Source: Candidatus Omnitrophota bacterium (GTDB lineage Bacteria; Omnitrophota; Gorgyraeia; Gygaellales; Profunditerraquicolaceae). From it: a DNA stretch of 61,083 nucleotides. Below, in pieces: positions 35,965-45,529 of the stretch. Numbering within the stretch: the first letter of the stretch is position 1; the number at the start of each line of letters is the position of its first letter. Under the pieces are notes generated by a model. That model was not told the origin of the DNA. It ran no database searches and saw only the letters and a program-made list of their open reading frames with translations. The stretch spans positions 1-61,083 of the forward strand of contig JBAZLB010000006.1 in NCBI GenBank assembly GCA_041650495.1, in the 5' to 3' direction. Both the position numbers and the translations under genes were made by a program.

Positions 35965-37770
35965 TCACCATGTCAACTTTATCCCTGCCTCCAGCCATCT
36001 GCCGGGCTGGGCTATACCTTCGATCTCTTCATAATCCACGTCAAAGATGTTATCGGCCTTTAAGAAAACGGCGGAATTTTTATTCATCTTACAGGTAAAA
36101 TAACCGTCTAACAAAAACCACCCTTTACGGACAGGCCTTTTTTTGTAAACACCGTTTAATATACCCTGGGTTGCCCAGGGCATATTCACAACCAATTGCA
36201 TATTCACCAGGTGCCTTACATAATTCTGGCCGTATTTATAAAGAAACCCTTTATCGTCTTGGCGCTTATTTATATAGGTATAGCCGGCGCCAAATGTAAG
36301 GCCCGGGTTTATTTTTATCTTAAGGTAATTCTCTATACCTGAGGCATGGGCGCAGGAAATATTCTCTGCCTTCCATTTATCCAGCGCAGGGCTGCTTTTT
36401 ACCCAGTCAATCATATCGCTTTCCTGCCTTAGAAAGAACGTCGCCCCAAAAGAAAAAGGTTTCTTTATATAGTCATACCCTGCTTCGTAGTTAAAAGATT
36501 TCTCGCAAGAAAGCAGGCTGTTGCCTATGGTGGTGGGGTCATCATAATAAAGCTCGGTAAAAGAAGGCAGGCGTATGTTCCGGCTAATACCTGCGCGCAA
36601 TGACCCCCTGCCGGACATGTTGTATTTAAAATTGAATGAGCCGGTAGGGGCATATGCGGAAGCTGATATTTTCTCATACCGGCAGGAAAATGCAAGGTTT
36701 GCCCGCAGCCCCAAATCCTTGACGGCGTCCAAAAAGACCCCCGCCCGCTCCCTGCTGTGGTTACCTAAATTAGTGGAACGGATAGATTCCTTAGGGTATT
36801 CCAGCCCGATACCTAATTTGCCTAAATTCAGGGTGTCTTTACTAAGATATACGCCCGGGGTATAAGAATCAGTGCGGTGATGATTAAGGTAATTACTCAG
36901 CCTCTGGGTCTTATCCAGCATGAATTTATCGTAATGCCGGCGCCAGGTAAATTTCGGAGAAAAAGTAAAATAATCCCCTGAAAAATACATGCCCGTTTTG
37001 AAAAAATAAGTCTTCGTCCATTCCTTAGAAGGATAGCCGCGTCCCGGGGTATAAAAATCATAGGCGCCGAACTCTTTTTCCTGATAACCGAATATAGAGT
37101 CAAGATCCCCCGCGGGCAGGGATAAACGAGAAGTCAGATTAGCGGTAAACTTCTTGTAATCCGTGTCTTCCTTGAACCCCCCGGACTCCTGATTTTCCAC
37201 AGTCAATCTATAACCCAGTTTATCCATCCGGTTGCTTATGCTCAAGAGCCCTTCCTTCAACCGGTGTTCTCCAAAACCAAAGCTTAAAACCCTCTTTTTC
37301 TCTTCCGGAGGCTTAAGGGTGATATTCACAGCCCCCCCGATTGCATCAGGGCCGAATGTCGCCGGAGTCACCCCGGGCATTATTTCTATCCTTTCAATAT
37401 CTTCCAAGGTCAGAGGGATATCACAATTATGGTGGGCGGTTTGAGGGTCATTAATACGCTGGCCGTCAACCAAAAAAAGCGTGCCCTGATAACCGGCCCC
37501 CCGCAAAGAAAAATCAGTCTGGATGCCTCCTTTTAGATTCCGGGACTGCAGGTCGACTAAAGAAGCACTGAGGGCCTGCGGCCAGGAAGAAGCCTCCTCG
37601 CTGACGGTAACCTTGCCTGCGGGATAGGCAGGAAAGGATGGTTTCTTAGAAACGACTATTGTCTCTAAATCCAGGGCAAAAACGGGATGGTAATTATAAG
37701 AAGGCGGGATCAATAAAATAAAAAGAATAACTGCAAATAAAAATAAACCGCGCCTTTCTAATCTTGGCAT
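35965..37770 (-). CDS. TonB-dependent receptor
   Basis: TonB-box-like ETIVVS, plug LVDGQRI..IERIEIMPG..GAIN, C-terminal NIFD..Y..PGR..EAGIKLTW. Confidence 0.9.
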   Translation of the reverse strand: MPRLERRGLFLFAVILFILLIPPSYNYHPVFALDLETIVVSKKPSFPAYPAGKVTVSEEASSWPQALSASLVDLQSRNLKGGIQTDFSLRGAGYQGTLFLVDGQRINDPQTAHHNCDIPLTLEDIERIEIMPGVTPATFGPDAIGGAVNITLKPPEEKKRVLSFGFGEHRLKEGLLSISNRMDKLGYRLTVENQESGGFKEDTDYKKFTANLTSRLSLPAGDLDSIFGYQEKEFGAYDFYTPGRGYPSKEWTKTYFFKTGMYFSGDYFTFSPKFTWRRHYDKFMLDKTQRLSNYLNHHRTDSYTPGVYLSKDTLNLGKLGIGLEYPKESIRSTNLGNHSRERAGVFLDAVKDLGLRANLAFSCRYEKISASAYAPTGSFNFKYNMSGRGSLRAGISRNIRLPSFTELYYDDPTTIGNSLLSCEKSFNYEAGYDYIKKPFSFGATFFLRQESDMIDWVKSSPALDKWKAENISCAHASGIENYLKIKINPGLTFGAGYTYINKRQDDKGFLYKYGQNYVRHLVNMQLVVNMPWATQGILNGVYKKRPVRKGWFLLDGYFTCKMNKNSAVFLKADNIFDVDYEEIEGIAQPGRWLEAGIKLTW

Positions 37771-37777
37771 AGCAGAT

Positions 37778-37807
37778 ATTATAAGACAGGCGCGTGAATA
37801 ATGTCAA
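37778..37807 (-). promoter_or_regulatory. Consensus sigma70 promoter TTGACA-N18-TATAAT, 7 nt from the ATG (leaderless candidate)
   Basis: Plus strand attata 37778-37783 and tgtcaa 37802-37807; no SD before ATG 37770. Confidence 0.6.
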
Positions 37808-37862
37808 CTGATATATAATTTTAAGTTTACATTACCGGATTTACCTCCTTTATTACTATATC

Positions 37863-38819
37863 CTAACGGCAGTGCGTAATATCACCTGAGGTGATCTTAT
37901 GGACCAGGCCGGAATCTTTTCTAAGAAGCAGGCTGCCGTCGCTGTCAATATCGGATGCCTCTCCTTCGATATATTCTTTATTATGAAGCACCCTCACCCT
38001 CCTGCCCAGCGTTATATTATAATGGCGCCACTTCTCGATAATCGCATGACTGCCTTTCTCCTGAAACAGGATATAATTACCCTCAAGCCTCTGCATTATC
38101 TCCTGCAATAATTCCACCCGGTTTATATTCTCCTGGATATGTTCCTTTAACGAGGTAGCCCCTTCTACCAGCGAGCGCTTGTCATTATTCACGTTCAGGC
38201 CTACGCCAATAACTATAAAACGCACCTCGTCCATTTCCGCATTTAGCTCCGTGAGAATACCGCCCAATTTTTTGTTATGTAATAGTATATCATTAGGCCA
38301 TTTTATCTGGACATCCAGAGAAAGCATATTCTTTATCGCCTCGCATATGCTTACCGCTGTAAGCAAGGTAAGCACGGGTGTGGCATAAGGTAATATTTTA
38401 GGCCTGAGGATACAGGAAAAATAAATGCCTTTATAACGCGGCGAAAACCACTGCCTGCCTATCCTGCCCCGACCCTTTGTTTGCGTCTCGGCAATTATTA
38501 CTGTCCCCTCCGGGCAGTTCTTCAGCCCCAGCTGTAAGGCAATATCCATGGTAGAGATGACGCTGTCAAAATAGTAAATATTCCGGCCTACAAATCTTGT
38601 GTTAAGACGATTGCTGACCTCAGAAATAAATAGCCTGTCCGGGACTGCGGTAAGTTTATAGCCTAAATGAGGCACGGCCACTATCTCATAACCGCTATCC
38701 CTCAAATCCTGCACATGCTTCCAAAGCGCCTGCCGGCTAATGCCCAGGCGATGGCTGATGTAATCCCCGGATATATAATCCTGCCTCTTCCTCAAGAAAC
38801 CAAGAATCTTATCGCGCAT
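37863..38819 (-). CDS. birA: Bifunctional biotin ligase/repressor
   Basis: N-terminal HTH (ISGDYISHRLGISRQALWKH), AETQTKGRGR, KWPND, KLGGIL. Confidence 0.95.
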   Translation of the reverse strand: MRDKILGFLRKRQDYISGDYISHRLGISRQALWKHVQDLRDSGYEIVAVPHLGYKLTAVPDRLFISEVSNRLNTRFVGRNIYYFDSVISTMDIALQLGLKNCPEGTVIIAETQTKGRGRIGRQWFSPRYKGIYFSCILRPKILPYATPVLTLLTAVSICEAIKNMLSLDVQIKWPNDILLHNKKLGGILTELNAEMDEVRFIVIGVGLNVNNDKRSLVEGATSLKEHIQENINRVELLQEIMQRLEGNYILFQEKGSHAIIEKWRHYNITLGRRVRVLHNKEYIEGEASDIDSDGSLLLRKDSGLVHKITSGDITHCR

Positions 38820-38825
38820 CTCTTG

Positions 38826-39611
38826 TCAGCCTCCCAGGCGGTAACCCCCCAAGTCTAAGACTATATAATTATAGTCTAATCTTTTTAGTTTTCCCACTAT
38901 TAAATCTCTATGCCTGATTACTAAGGGGATCTCCTCCTTTAATACCTCTATGCGGCATACCTCACCCATATGTCTTGCCCTTACCTGCCTTAAACCTATC
39001 TTTCTTAAGATATCCTCCGCCTTAGCGATACGCTTAAGAAGCGCGGGTTTTATTTCCACCCCATAGGGGATGCGGGAGGCAAGACAGGCTAAATTAGGCT
39101 TATCCCAGGTGCTGAGATTAAGCGCCTTGCTCAGACGGCGGATATCTTTTTTATCCAGGCCGGCCTCATCAAGCGGCGACCTCACCCCGAGTTCTCTTTT
39201 AGCCTTATTCCCGGGCCGGTGATCCATCCTGTCTGAGATATTGCTCCCTTCCGCGACGAAATTGAATTTTAACTCCCGGGCAATAGAGTTTAATCTGACG
39301 AAAAGTTCTTTTTTACAGAAATAACAGCGCTGCGGGGGATTGGAAACAAAGCGCCGGTCCTTTAATTCATTGGTCTTGATGATTTTATGCCGCACGTTAA
39401 GCTGACGGGCTATCTTTTTTGCAAAGGATAATTCTTCATGAGGATATGTGGCAGAAGATGCGGTTACTGCCAGGATCCTGTCTTTAGGCAGGGCGAGAGA
39501 GGCGACCTTCAATAGAAATGTGCTGTCCAGGCCCGCGGAAAAGGCAACCACCACCGAGCCCATCCTTGAGATTATTCCTTTAAGCCTGATTAATTTATTT
39601 TTTGTTTCCAT
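38826..39611 (-). CDS. larE: LarE-family ATP-dependent sulfur insertase (PP-loop)
   Basis: FSAGLDS, RCYFCK, DHRPG, CLASRIPYG. Confidence 0.88.
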   Translation of the reverse strand: METKNKLIRLKGIISRMGSVVVAFSAGLDSTFLLKVASLALPKDRILAVTASSATYPHEELSFAKKIARQLNVRHKIIKTNELKDRRFVSNPPQRCYFCKKELFVRLNSIARELKFNFVAEGSNISDRMDHRPGNKAKRELGVRSPLDEAGLDKKDIRRLSKALNLSTWDKPNLACLASRIPYGVEIKPALLKRIAKAEDILRKIGLRQVRARHMGEVCRIEVLKEEIPLVIRHRDLIVGKLKRLDYNYIVLDLGGYRLGG

Positions 39612-39632
39612 TAGAGAAAAACGGCCTTGCGC

Positions 39633-40043
39633 CTAAAAATGCACTTCCATGGCCCGGGTGGGGCATGCCTTCACGCATAATTCGCAGGCAATACATTTAT
39701 TATCGTAGAAATGGACCTTGCGGGTTAGGGGGTCAACCACCAATGCGCCGCTTGGGCAAATGGGCACGCATACCCCGCAGTCAGTACACTTATCCTCATT
39801 GCGTATTACATCCTGGCTCAAAGGCTGTATCTTTACCCCGCAGGAAAGAAGGTATTCGATGCCCTTGTTGAAATCCGGCTCTTTGCCTATCAGCTCCAAT
39901 ACCATCAGCCCTTCTTCCTGAGGAGTAACATATGCCTTTAAGATATTAAACTTCAGGTCGTATTCTTTGACTAATTTATATACGATGGGCCTGTCTACCA
40001 GCCTATTAGGGAAATGCAGGACAATCTTTTTGGAGACCATCAA
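39633..40043 (-). CDS. NIL domain + 2x[4Fe-4S] ferredoxin (partner of the DUF39 enzyme)
   Basis: N-terminal NIL (LHF..PIVYKLVKEYDLKFNILKA), CTDCGVC and CIACELC. Confidence 0.85.
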   Translation of the reverse strand: MMVSKKIVLHFPNRLVDRPIVYKLVKEYDLKFNILKAYVTPQEEGLMVLELIGKEPDFNKGIEYLLSCGVKIQPLSQDVIRNEDKCTDCGVCVPICPSGALVVDPLTRKVHFYDNKCIACELCVKACPTRAMEVHF

Positions 40044-40089
40044 TCTACCTCCTTAACAGTTCGATTGCAAAAATAATCTAAAAACAAAC

Positions 40090-41292
40090 TCAACCCCATG
40101 GCCTTTCCGGTAAAAGCCTCGGGCCATAACCGGAATCCGCAGCCGGTAGGGGTATAACTGATTCAGTCAAGAGGAAATTGCCTTCTTTAATCCAGGACTT
40201 CAATTCTTCGGCTATATCGCGCGCCTTGGAATAACTGGATAAATTCCCCGTGGGGACCCCTTTGCCCTGGATAGTTATTTTCCCGGATTTAAGCTGGGCG
40301 TAATTTACCTCCCCCAGGCTTTGCGAAACGAGCTGGGGATAATCCTTGCCGTAGTCAACAATCTGGGCATAGATCTCTTCGTCCTTAGCCGCGGCATATC
40401 TGATTATTTCCTCGCTCAATACAGGTATAGGAACACCTATGCCCACAATAAGGGTAGCCCCGTATCCGCGCAGGCTCGTGCCCACCAGCCACTGCGGCTT
40501 CATCTGTTTTAAATCACCGATAACCGCCAATGTCCCTGCCGGGCACTGGGGGATACCGTTGTCTTTCCTTTTTACGCAAGGGTTATGCTGTGTGCCTTGC
40601 CAGGCGATATAACCGACACCTCCGCCTAAGAAAATCCTGGTCCCCACACCCATAGTCTTATAAAAAGGGTCTTTCAGGAGCGGGGAAAGCTGGCCCGCAG
40701 AACAATAATTGGCGTTGCCTAGATTAGGCTTTAATGTCCCCATATAGGTATAGATTGCCTTGTCCGATAAATTTACGGCTACGTTATAATTTTGATAACA
40801 GTTGCGGATATTAAAAAGCACCGCCTCGTTTAAGTCTTTGATATTAATCAGGGTTTCCAGTTTCTTGCGGGGGTAGCAGTCCGTGCCATAGGCCTGCGCC
40901 TCAAGACGCACATCCGCACCCATGACCAATTCATGAATAACATGTCCACCGCCATAATTGAACTCTCCCGGATATACTTTATTGCGCGGGTCATCCTCAG
41001 GCAAAGCTGTGACCCCCAGGTATATATCTACCGCGGCCAGGCCCGCGTAGGCAGGCACATCGTTTAATTTGACTGTGCCGCCGCCCAGCTTTATCCGGGG
41101 TTTAGAATGCCCTATATTAAAGAAGGCCCCGGATGAACACATGGGGCCGAAGGTACCGGTAGTAACAACATCCACTTCTTCGGCCGCCTTCTTATGGCCC
41201 TTCTTTTTTACCAGCTCAATAACTTCTTCTGCGGTTACTACTACTACATCGCCCTTCCTGATCTTCTCGTTTATTTCCTTGATCGTCTTCAT
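40090..41292 (-). CDS. L-aspartate-semialdehyde sulfurtransferase / homocysteine biosynthesis protein (DUF39, MA1821-like)
   Basis: VDVVTTGTFGPMCSSGAF, RNCYQNYNVAVN, YTYMG, AGQLSPL. Confidence 0.88.
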   Translation of the reverse strand: MKTIKEINEKIRKGDVVVVTAEEVIELVKKKGHKKAAEEVDVVTTGTFGPMCSSGAFFNIGHSKPRIKLGGGTVKLNDVPAYAGLAAVDIYLGVTALPEDDPRNKVYPGEFNYGGGHVIHELVMGADVRLEAQAYGTDCYPRKKLETLINIKDLNEAVLFNIRNCYQNYNVAVNLSDKAIYTYMGTLKPNLGNANYCSAGQLSPLLKDPFYKTMGVGTRIFLGGGVGYIAWQGTQHNPCVKRKDNGIPQCPAGTLAVIGDLKQMKPQWLVGTSLRGYGATLIVGIGVPIPVLSEEIIRYAAAKDEEIYAQIVDYGKDYPQLVSQSLGEVNYAQLKSGKITIQGKGVPTGNLSSYSKARDIAEELKSWIKEGNFLLTESVIPLPAADSGYGPRLLPERPWG

Positions 41293-41304
41293 TATTTTGC
41301 CTTT

Positions 41305-41532
41305 CTATAAAGCAACTACTTCTTTAATCTCAGGGACCTCCTGTTTTAAAATCCGTTCAATGCCCATCTTTAAGGTCATCTGGCTCATCGGACAACAACC
41401 GCAACTTCCGCTCAGCCTCAACCTTACTACCCCCTCATCAGTAACCTCTACTAATTCCACATTGCCTCCGTCAGCCATAAGCATGGGACGGACCTTTTCT
41501 AACGCCTTCTCTACTCTCTCTTTCATATTCAC
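41305..41532 (-). CDS. NifU C-terminal / NfuA-like Fe-S carrier
   Basis: [15 protein letters not shown]...[16 protein letters not shown]. Confidence 0.9.
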   Translation of the reverse strand: MNMKERVEKALEKVRPMLMADGGNVELVEVTDEGVVRLRLSGSCGCCPMSQMTLKMGIERILKQEVPEIKEVVAL

Positions 41533-41562
41533 TCCTTATTGTATGAGGCTATAGGTTTATCT

Positions 41563-42501
41563 CTAAGAATTACTTTTATCGCCGAAGAGCTCTGTGCTTA
41601 AATAGCGCTCTCCTGTATCCGGCAATATCGCTACTATAAGCCTGCCTTTATTTTTTTGCCTTCTGGCCACCTGGATAGCCGCATATACGGCGGCACCCGA
41701 AGAGATCCCCGCCAGGATACCTTCCTGCCTGGCCAATAAGCGCGCAGTAACCAGGGCATCATCATCTGAAACCCTGATTATCTCATCCAGGATCCCGGTG
41801 TTCAATATTTTCGGGATAAAACCGGCCCCGATGCCCTGTATCTTGTGCGTCCCTGCTTTAAGGCCGGATAATACCGCGGAACTCTCAGGCTCAACCGCCA
41901 CCGCCTTAAAAGAAGGTTTCTTCTTCTTAATATTCTCTGCGATGCCGGTAATCGTCCCTCCCGTGCCTACCCCGGCTACCAGAATATCTATCCTGCCTTG
42001 CGTATCCTCCCAGATTTCCCTGGCAGTGGTACGCTCATGGACTTGTAAATTAGCGGGGTTGTTAAACTGCTGCAATATCAGGTAATGCCTGTCGCCTTTT
42101 GCCAATTCCTCCGCTTTTTTTACCGCGCCGCTCATGCCTTCCTGCGCAGGAGTAAGTATGATCTCAGCCCCAAATGCCTTTAAGAGCTTGCGGCGTTCTA
42201 TGCTCATCGTCTCCGGCATAGTCAAGATCAACCTATACCCTTTAACCGCGCAGACAAAAGCCAGGGCAATACCGGTATTGCCTGAGGTAGGCTCGATTAT
42301 CACCGTGTCGCTTTTAATCCTGCCTTTTTTCTCTGCATCCTCAATCATGCTCAAGCCGACCCTGTCTTTCACGGAAGAACAGGGATTGAAAAATTCAAGC
42401 TTAAGCGCAATCCGGGCGAAACACCCAGTATTAACCCTGTTTAGATATACCATAGGCGTATTGCCTATGAGTGCTGTAATGTCTTTTGCGATTTTGTCCA
42501 T
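41563..42501 (-). CDS. cysK: Cysteine synthase A
   Basis: [31 protein letters not shown]. Confidence 0.95.
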   Translation of the reverse strand: MDKIAKDITALIGNTPMVYLNRVNTGCFARIALKLEFFNPCSSVKDRVGLSMIEDAEKKGRIKSDTVIIEPTSGNTGIALAFVCAVKGYRLILTMPETMSIERRKLLKAFGAEIILTPAQEGMSGAVKKAEELAKGDRHYLILQQFNNPANLQVHERTTAREIWEDTQGRIDILVAGVGTGGTITGIAENIKKKKPSFKAVAVEPESSAVLSGLKAGTHKIQGIGAGFIPKILNTGILDEIIRVSDDDALVTARLLARQEGILAGISSGAAVYAAIQVARRQKNKGRLIVAILPDTGERYLSTELFGDKSNS

Positions 42502-42512
42502 TTTTAACCGGT

Positions 42513-42953
42513 TTAAATCTGATAAGTCAACGCCGGGTCCAAACTCCTGCTTCGCCTAGCTAAATCCTCAAAGGTGATGCCGTCAATAATCTTGCTGGTT
42601 GAATCGGATATTTTATGCCATATACTCCTGAAGACGCACCCGGCCATATCATTACACCCTTTATATTTCTTATCCACGCAGATAATCGGCTCAACCGGCC
42701 CGTCAATAAACCGGACCACTTCCCCCAGTGTTATCTCTGAAGGCCTCCTGGCCAGGAGGTATCCGCCCACCTTACCCCGCCTGCTCTGCACAAATCCCGC
42801 CCTCTTTAAGTCCAGGAGTATCTGTTCCAAGAACTTTACCGGTATATCCGCTCTCCTGGCCAAGTTATGAATAGTGGCCGGGGTATCGCCGTAATGCACT
42901 GCCAAATCCAGTATGGTCTTTAGGGCGTAATCGCCCTTATAGGTTATACGCAT
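42513..42953 (-). CDS. Rrf2-family regulator (CymR/IscR-like)
   Basis: [33 protein letters not shown]; Cys at ICV/GC/GCV. Confidence 0.9.
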   Translation of the reverse strand: MRITYKGDYALKTILDLAVHYGDTPATIHNLARRADIPVKFLEQILLDLKRAGFVQSRRGKVGGYLLARRPSEITLGEVVRFIDGPVEPIICVDKKYKGCNDMAGCVFRSIWHKISDSTSKIIDGITFEDLARRSRSLDPALTYQI

Positions 42954-42965
42954 CTTATCGATAAT

Positions 42966-43011
42966 CTCTATTATGTTAGTAGAGTATATACTATAAAAAT
43001 ATGCTTGTCAA
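42966..43011 (-). promoter_or_regulatory. Promoter TTGACA-N17-TATACT with adjacent Rrf2-like palindrome
   Basis: CTCTA-TTATGTTAG-TAGAG (42966-42984) abutting the -10 box. Confidence 0.6.
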
Positions 43012-43042
43012 CTATTTTTTCCGACTTTTTTTCTGCGCCTGC

Positions 43043-43339
43043 TTAAGCAATGATTTCCAAGACCTCTTTTATGGGCTGGCCCTTATATATACCCAGCCTT
43101 TTGGCCGCCTGGCTTAAGGAATGGACATTAGCCAATACAGCCTCGGCAATATTAGAAGCGCCCGTTATCCTTACTGCCACGTCTTTAAACTTATCAGCCG
43201 TGCTAAGGTCGAGGTAGCCGCACATGATATAACCCTTGCCCCCTTTTAATATGATAAGGTTTTTACTTTGCAGCCTCATAGAGAATGCCTCTATGTATTT
43301 TTTGCCTGACCTTATCTTTTTATACCCCCATGCCTTCAT
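43043..43339 (-). CDS. YunC / DUF1805 family protein
   Basis: GGKGYIMCGYLD...A..LGIYKG. Confidence 0.8.
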   Translation of the reverse strand: MKAWGYKKIRSGKKYIEAFSMRLQSKNLIILKGGKGYIMCGYLDLSTADKFKDVAVRITGASNIAEAVLANVHSLSQAAKRLGIYKGQPIKEVLEIIA

Positions 43340-43343
43340 ATAT

Positions 43344-44207
43344 TCATGCCTTGTGTTTATTGAAAAAAGAGGTTATCTTCTCGGATGCCTTATCCCTTTC
43401 CTGATCCGAGGTAATAATATGGTAGGAGTCTTCGAAGAAAACTAATTCTTTATCCACAGAGCCGGCATTATTGTAAATCTCGTAAGAATTCCTTGGGCTG
43501 GTAATATCGTCATCCCTTGCCTGCAGCAATTGCAAGGGGGCATCTATTTTAGGTAATAATGAAATAATATGCCTGGCCAGGAGCTCATTTTGCTCCATGC
43601 AGGATATGGGGATAACCGGATAACCATAAAGATGGACCTGGCTATAATCGTCCAATTTGGCCTTTGTGTAATAACGGTCGATCCTGGCCCTGAGCCTCTC
43701 GTTTTTTATGCCGTAGGGGTATTCCTCTTTAAAATAAAAGTTATACTTAAAGGGCGTACGATAAACCATAGGCAGAAGGAAACGGGATTTAGGGGTGCTC
43801 CATCCGTCAAAAAATAAAGTAGGTGATATACAAACCACCCCGCGTATCTTCTTGGGAAAATCAAGGCTTAAAAGAAGCCCCAGCAATGCCCCGAAAGAAA
43901 GCCCGGCAATAAATATGTTCTTATAGCCTGCTTCATATTTCAGGTATTCCTCCTTTACCCTGGCGTATATTTCCTGCCACTTCTGCCTCTTTAAGACTGA
44001 AAGAGGGCCGTTGTGCCCCAAAAGCAGCGGCACTGCTACGGCATAACCGCTGTCATGCAGGCGGCTTCCCAGGGTGGACATTTCCTTGGGGGTGCCGGTA
44101 AGGCCGTGGATAAGAAAACAAAGGTTCTCCCCACCCTCAAGATAAAAGCTTGAATCAGGTATACAATGTTTATCGCGAAAGTCCTCTTTGAATGAAAAGA
44201 TAATCAT
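43344..44207 (-). CDS. Alpha/beta-fold hydrolase (carboxylesterase type)
   Basis: LIHGLTGTPKE, GLSFG nucleophile, DD..., SYHII. Confidence 0.85.
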   Translation of the reverse strand: MIIFSFKEDFRDKHCIPDSSFYLEGGENLCFLIHGLTGTPKEMSTLGSRLHDSGYAVAVPLLLGHNGPLSVLKRQKWQEIYARVKEEYLKYEAGYKNIFIAGLSFGALLGLLLSLDFPKKIRGVVCISPTLFFDGWSTPKSRFLLPMVYRTPFKYNFYFKEEYPYGIKNERLRARIDRYYTKAKLDDYSQVHLYGYPVIPISCMEQNELLARHIISLLPKIDAPLQLLQARDDDITSPRNSYEIYNNAGSVDKELVFFEDSYHIITSDQERDKASEKITSFFNKHKA

Positions 44208-45442
44208 ATTTGTCCAGGCCTTAAGATGTTTTTTATTATATCTATTATTCTCTCTTGTTCTTTTTCCCGCAAAAACTCACCCGTAGGCAGGGTTATTGCC
44301 CTTTCCGCCAGATAGCGGGCATTGGGCAGTATTTTTTGCGGCAGTATAGGCTTGAGATATCCGTAATCCGTGATAGAGGACAAATATATAACCGATACCC
44401 CCAGGCCCAGGCCTTTGAATAAACACCTGGCCTTCTCCTGTTTCTTAGGATCGGCGAAAAGCAGGGTCAAATAGGGATAAACCGCCTTTCCTTCTGTTGG
44501 CCCTGCTATAACCTTAACCCCTTCTATGCCTGCTAATCTACTCAGGTAATACGCCGCCTGTTTGCGCTGAAGGGATATTGCATCTTCCAGGCGCCAGAAA
44601 GCGGCATGCCCCATGGCCTTTCTTAAAGAAGAAACCCCATACAGCGGAAAATCAATATCAAAATATTCTATCATTGCCCGGGCATCATCCCCCTGCCAAT
44701 GCCAGAACAGCTGTGGCAGCCTGAAGACAAACCAGAATAATAACGGGCGATAGAATACAGCGTAGCCGAATAATTCTAATATTTTTAACCCTTCGGCTAA
44801 ATAACTATTTTTTAATAGGGCGCGTATCTTTTTCTCTACGATAGCGCCATAATCCTTGCGGGAGGCGATTACGAGGCCTCCCTCGTATATTGTCAGGCCT
44901 TTGCCGCGGCAGAGACTGAAAAAAGCAAAATCCCCCCATGTCCCGGCTTTTTTCCCTTTATAAACAGCGCCCAAAGACTGCGCGCAATCCTCTATAACGA
45001 ATACCCCTTTGCCCCTTGCCAGAGAAACGAGGTAATCGATTTCAAGCGGTATCCCTGCCAGGTGCACCGCTACGATAGCCAGGATATCCGTATTTACAGA
45101 AAATATCCTCTCTAAGTCCTGGCGGTTGAAATTGAAATCCTGGCGGTTTATATCGCAGATCTCTATATTAAGCCCAGCCCGTTTTATAGCTAAAGGGATG
45201 AGCGGGCATATATATGAGGGAATGACCACGGTCTTGCGGCCGGATATCTCTTTGAGCGCCTCCAGGATCAGGTAAAATGCCGCTGTCCCGGAAGTAGCCA
45301 CCCCGGCATAAGCGACAGCATGATATTCTCTGAAATCTTGTTCCAGGCAATCTGCGCCATGTTTCCTGCGCAGCAAAGATAGGAAATCTGCCGGGTGAAT
45401 AGGGAATCCGGCCGTAGGAGGGATTTCTCGGAATATGGGCAC
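44204..45442 (-). CDS. DegT/DnrJ/EryC1/StrS PLP-dependent aminotransferase
   Basis: SGTAA, PSYIC, VIEDCAQSLG, FSLCRGK. Confidence 0.85.
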   Translation of the reverse strand: MPIFREIPPTAGFPIHPADFLSLLRRKHGADCLEQDFREYHAVAYAGVATSGTAAFYLILEALKEISGRKTVVIPSYICPLIPLAIKRAGLNIEICDINRQDFNFNRQDLERIFSVNTDILAIVAVHLAGIPLEIDYLVSLARGKGVFVIEDCAQSLGAVYKGKKAGTWGDFAFFSLCRGKGLTIYEGGLVIASRKDYGAIVEKKIRALLKNSYLAEGLKILELFGYAVFYRPLLFWFVFRLPQLFWHWQGDDARAMIEYFDIDFPLYGVSSLRKAMGHAAFWRLEDAISLQRKQAAYYLSRLAGIEGVKVIAGPTEGKAVYPYLTLLFADPKKQEKARCLFKGLGLGVSVIYLSSITDYGYLKPILPQKILPNARYLAERAITLPTGEFLREKEQERIIDIIKNILRPGQI

Positions 45443-45490
45443 TTTTAAAAAATACCTCTTTTTTTAAATGTATTAGTTATTTTATGGTAA

Positions 45491-45513
45491 AATACCTTCC
45501 AATTCAAGGTATT
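45491..45513. promoter_or_regulatory. Perfect 8-bp inverted repeat in the divergent intergenic region
   Basis: AATACCTT-CCAATTC-AAGGTATT. Confidence 0.45.
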
Positions 45514-45529
45514 ATTTACAGGTGAGGCA

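Noticed and set aside
37771-37862. Cobalamin riboswitch before the TonB receptor
   Set aside because: Only 92 nt, occupied by a promoter; no B12-box.
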